A DNA stretch of 64,000 bases, from positions 66,173-130,172 of the forward strand of contig CALQLO010000003.1 in the NCBI GenBank assembly GCA_943331445.1. The letters are read 5' to 3'. Below, piece after piece: positions 61,967-64,000 of the stretch. The DNA is from Akkermansia muciniphila (lineage in GTDB: Bacteria; Verrucomicrobiota; Verrucomicrobiia; Opitutales; UBA953). A program made the translations under genes and the position numbers. The notes beneath the pieces are model-generated. The model ran no database searches, was not told the DNA's origin, and saw only the letters and a list, made by a program, of their open reading frames with translations. Position 1 is the stretch's first letter. Every line of letters starts with the position of its first letter.

Positions 61967-63001
61967 TCACTTATTGCCTTCGACGGCCTCTTCAGGTCGC
62001 AGCTTGGGCTTGGCCATAATGACGCCTTCGGGGAGCGGGCCGCCTTCAGCGATCTTCTTTTGGTCGGCCTCGGCCTTGGCACGCTCCTCCTTGGGTAGGA
62101 GCTTCTTGGCTTCTTCCGCTTCTTTGGAGACGGGGAAGGTGACAATGATGTCGTAGAGGTAGCGATTCGAGATGGCTTCCAACTTCTGCTCCTTGAGGGC
62201 TGGGCTATCCATGCCTCGGAACGAGCGGGCAGCCCCGAGGAGGGCCTTGGGTACGTGCTCCACTTCGGCACCGAAGAAGACTGGGACGCGGAGGTAGGCA
62301 TTCATGGCGGCCTCATATTTCTTCGAAGCGAAGAGAGAGTTGCCTTTAACGATGTGCAGGCGGGCCTGGATTTCGGAGCTCTCTATCTTGGTGATCAGTT
62401 CCGAGGCTTCAGAGATAACGGCGTCATGGTCGCCCTTGCGGGCACGCTGCATGAGACGGGCGAGCTGAATCTGGGTGGCGACGGCCGGCTGCTTGGCGAC
62501 GTCTTCCTTCTCGAAGGCATCGAGGAAACTAGCGGTAGCTGCGTCGTTCTCGAGGCGGTCAAGGGCGTCGAGCTTGATCAGCGAGGCCTTGGTCCACCAA
62601 GAGCCAGAGACGTTTTTCATCGGCTCAAAGAGGCGGAGAACGGCTTCGGCGTTGTCCAGCGCTTTGCCCGGCTCGCCGCGATTCACGTTGTTCTGCGCCT
62701 CGGTGAGGCGGGCAGGCATCGGCCAGAGGATGTCGATGACTTCCGTGAGTTTGCGAGTGAGGCCAACTTCGATGCCGCCCTGATTGGTGGTGCGATCGAT
62801 GGTACCCTTCACGGCATTAATGATGCCCTTTTTGGGGTCGGGGGTCGCTGGCTTCGGCGGGATGGACGTGGTGTCCAGTTTGAGGGGGTCATTAATTTCC
62901 CAGCGCTCCCCGCCCTTGAACACAAAGGTTTGCGCTTGGGCGGACGCGGCCAAAAGGAGGGCGACGATGGGGACGAACGGATGCCGGACGAAGTGTTTCA
63001 T
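61967..63001 (-). CDS. Exported TPR-repeat protein
   Basis: Signal peptide ending AQA, helical repeats, AYLRVPVFF. Confidence 0.7.
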   Translation of the reverse strand: MKHFVRHPFVPIVALLLAASAQAQTFVFKGGERWEINDPLKLDTTSIPPKPATPDPKKGIINAVKGTIDRTTNQGGIEVGLTRKLTEVIDILWPMPARLTEAQNNVNRGEPGKALDNAEAVLRLFEPMKNVSGSWWTKASLIKLDALDRLENDAATASFLDAFEKEDVAKQPAVATQIQLARLMQRARKGDHDAVISEASELITKIESSEIQARLHIVKGNSLFASKKYEAAMNAYLRVPVFFGAEVEHVPKALLGAARSFRGMDSPALKEQKLEAISNRYLYDIIVTFPVSKEAEEAKKLLPKEERAKAEADQKKIAEGGPLPEGVIMAKPKLRPEEAVEGNK

Positions 63002-63005
63002 ATGA

Positions 63006-64000
63006 TCAGAGGGTGAGGATGAGCGCTTTGGCTTCGGTGCCTTCGCGGGTATCTTTGATGCGATCCTTTTCGAGCATCTCCTTCAGGAGTAGCTTGGCGG
63101 CGTCCTTCTGGTTGAGTTTGCCCGCAAAGAGCTTGGCGGCGGCGAGGTAGGACTTGGCTGACCAGTTTTCGTATTTCTTCCAAGTCATGTAGCAGCGGCG
63201 ATAGTAGGCCACGGCTTCGTTGTAGCCTTTTTCGTCGGTGGCTTGGCGTTCGGCCATGAGGCCGAGCCAATAAAGCGAGGCCGCGGTTTTCTCGCCGCGC
63301 CATTCCTTGGTCTTGGCGATTTCCTCGAATTCTTTCTTGGCCTCCGGATACTTCTGCATCTCGGCAAGGCAGCGGGCACGGATGAAGCGGAGGTCGAGTT
63401 CCTTTGACATCAGGATATTATTATCAATCGCCTCGTTGCAGAGGGAGAGGGCTTCCTTGTACTTCTTGTCGGCGAACTGGATTTCCGCCAAGCCGGCGAA
63501 GGCAAAGTCGGCGTACTCCGAGGAGCGGCCGTGCTCAAGGATGTAGCCGAAGTATTCCCCGGCTTTCTTGTGGTCACCCTTGGTCAGTAGGCTGTCGCCG
63601 ACCATGGCGAGAATCGTCGGGCTGAGTTCCTCGGCCTTGTAGTTGGCGGCGATTTTACCGAAGTAGAGGGCGGTTTTCTCGGGTTCGCGGTTGAGGGCGG
63701 CGAGTTGGCCGAGTGCAAAGAAGCCGCGAGCCTGGGCTACCAGCGAGTCGCGATGCTCTTCGAGTCGCAGTAACTTGGTCATCTCGGCTTCGGCGTTTTC
63801 CGAGGTGTAAGCGCCCGGCAGTGGCTTGGCGCCGGGCTTCACGCGCTTGACCTTGCGGGAAAGTTTTTCCGCGAGGAAGGCGATCAGCTTTTCAGTTCCT
63901 TCTTGGGTGCGGTCATTGATGGATTCGGAGACGGCGTCCGAGAGAATTTTGAGCGCGCGCTTCTTTTGGTCGGAGATGCTGGTCTGGCGGTCGGCCTCGA
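63006..64000 (-). CDS. TPR-repeat protein (5' end outside the window)
   Basis: Frame open to the window edge; TPR-like repeats; A.AYYRR.Y..W motif. Confidence 0.75.
   Translation of the reverse strand, partial: EADRQTSISDQKKRALKILSDAVSESINDRTQEGTEKLIAFLAEKLSRKVKRVKPGAKPLPGAYTSENAEAEMTKLLRLEEHRDSLVAQARGFFALGQLAALNREPEKTALYFGKIAANYKAEELSPTILAMVGDSLLTKGDHKKAGEYFGYILEHGRSSEYADFAFAGLAEIQFADKKYKEALSLCNEAIDNNILMSKELDLRFIRARCLAEMQKYPEAKKEFEEIAKTKEWRGEKTAASLYWLGLMAERQATDEKGYNEAVAYYRRCYMTWKKYENWSAKSYLAAAKLFAGKLNQKDAAKLLLKEMLEKDRIKDTREGTEAKALILTL

Overview
GC-rich, gene-dense bacterial chromosomal segment. Gene content and architecture point to Verrucomicrobiota, probably Opitutales (inference: pilB-pilT-pilB-pilC cluster, TPR-TPR-ExbB-ExbD-ExbD module, mostly SD-less start regions). 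Most of the window is housekeeping: the alternative polyamine pathway (CANSDH/nspC), proBA, ruvB, murA, rny, rodA-rne/rng, a P1B-4 ATPase, icd, rplM-rpsI, argCJBDFG, ispF, ndk, serS-tilS-ftsH-coaE, mutL, uvrB, nadE, thrBC, and three tRNAs (Asp, Cys, initiator-type Met). I saw no CRISPR array, transposase, integrase or prophage gene. The best leads are: (1) a possible split or modular RNA degradosome locus, where a stand-alone disordered protein resembling the RNase E scaffold lies behind a structured leader downstream of RNase Y, near a scaffold-less RNase E/G; (2) a tandem-RHH gene with an in-frame internal 21-aa Lys/Ala peptide that has its own RBS; (3) two TonB-like SxxxH-anchored VWA-type paralogs; (4) a structured AT-rich element between pilC and tRNA-Met that may be an sRNA; (5) an ApbE homolog with altered catalytic residues. 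All functional calls come from motif recognition by eye; no database search was run.
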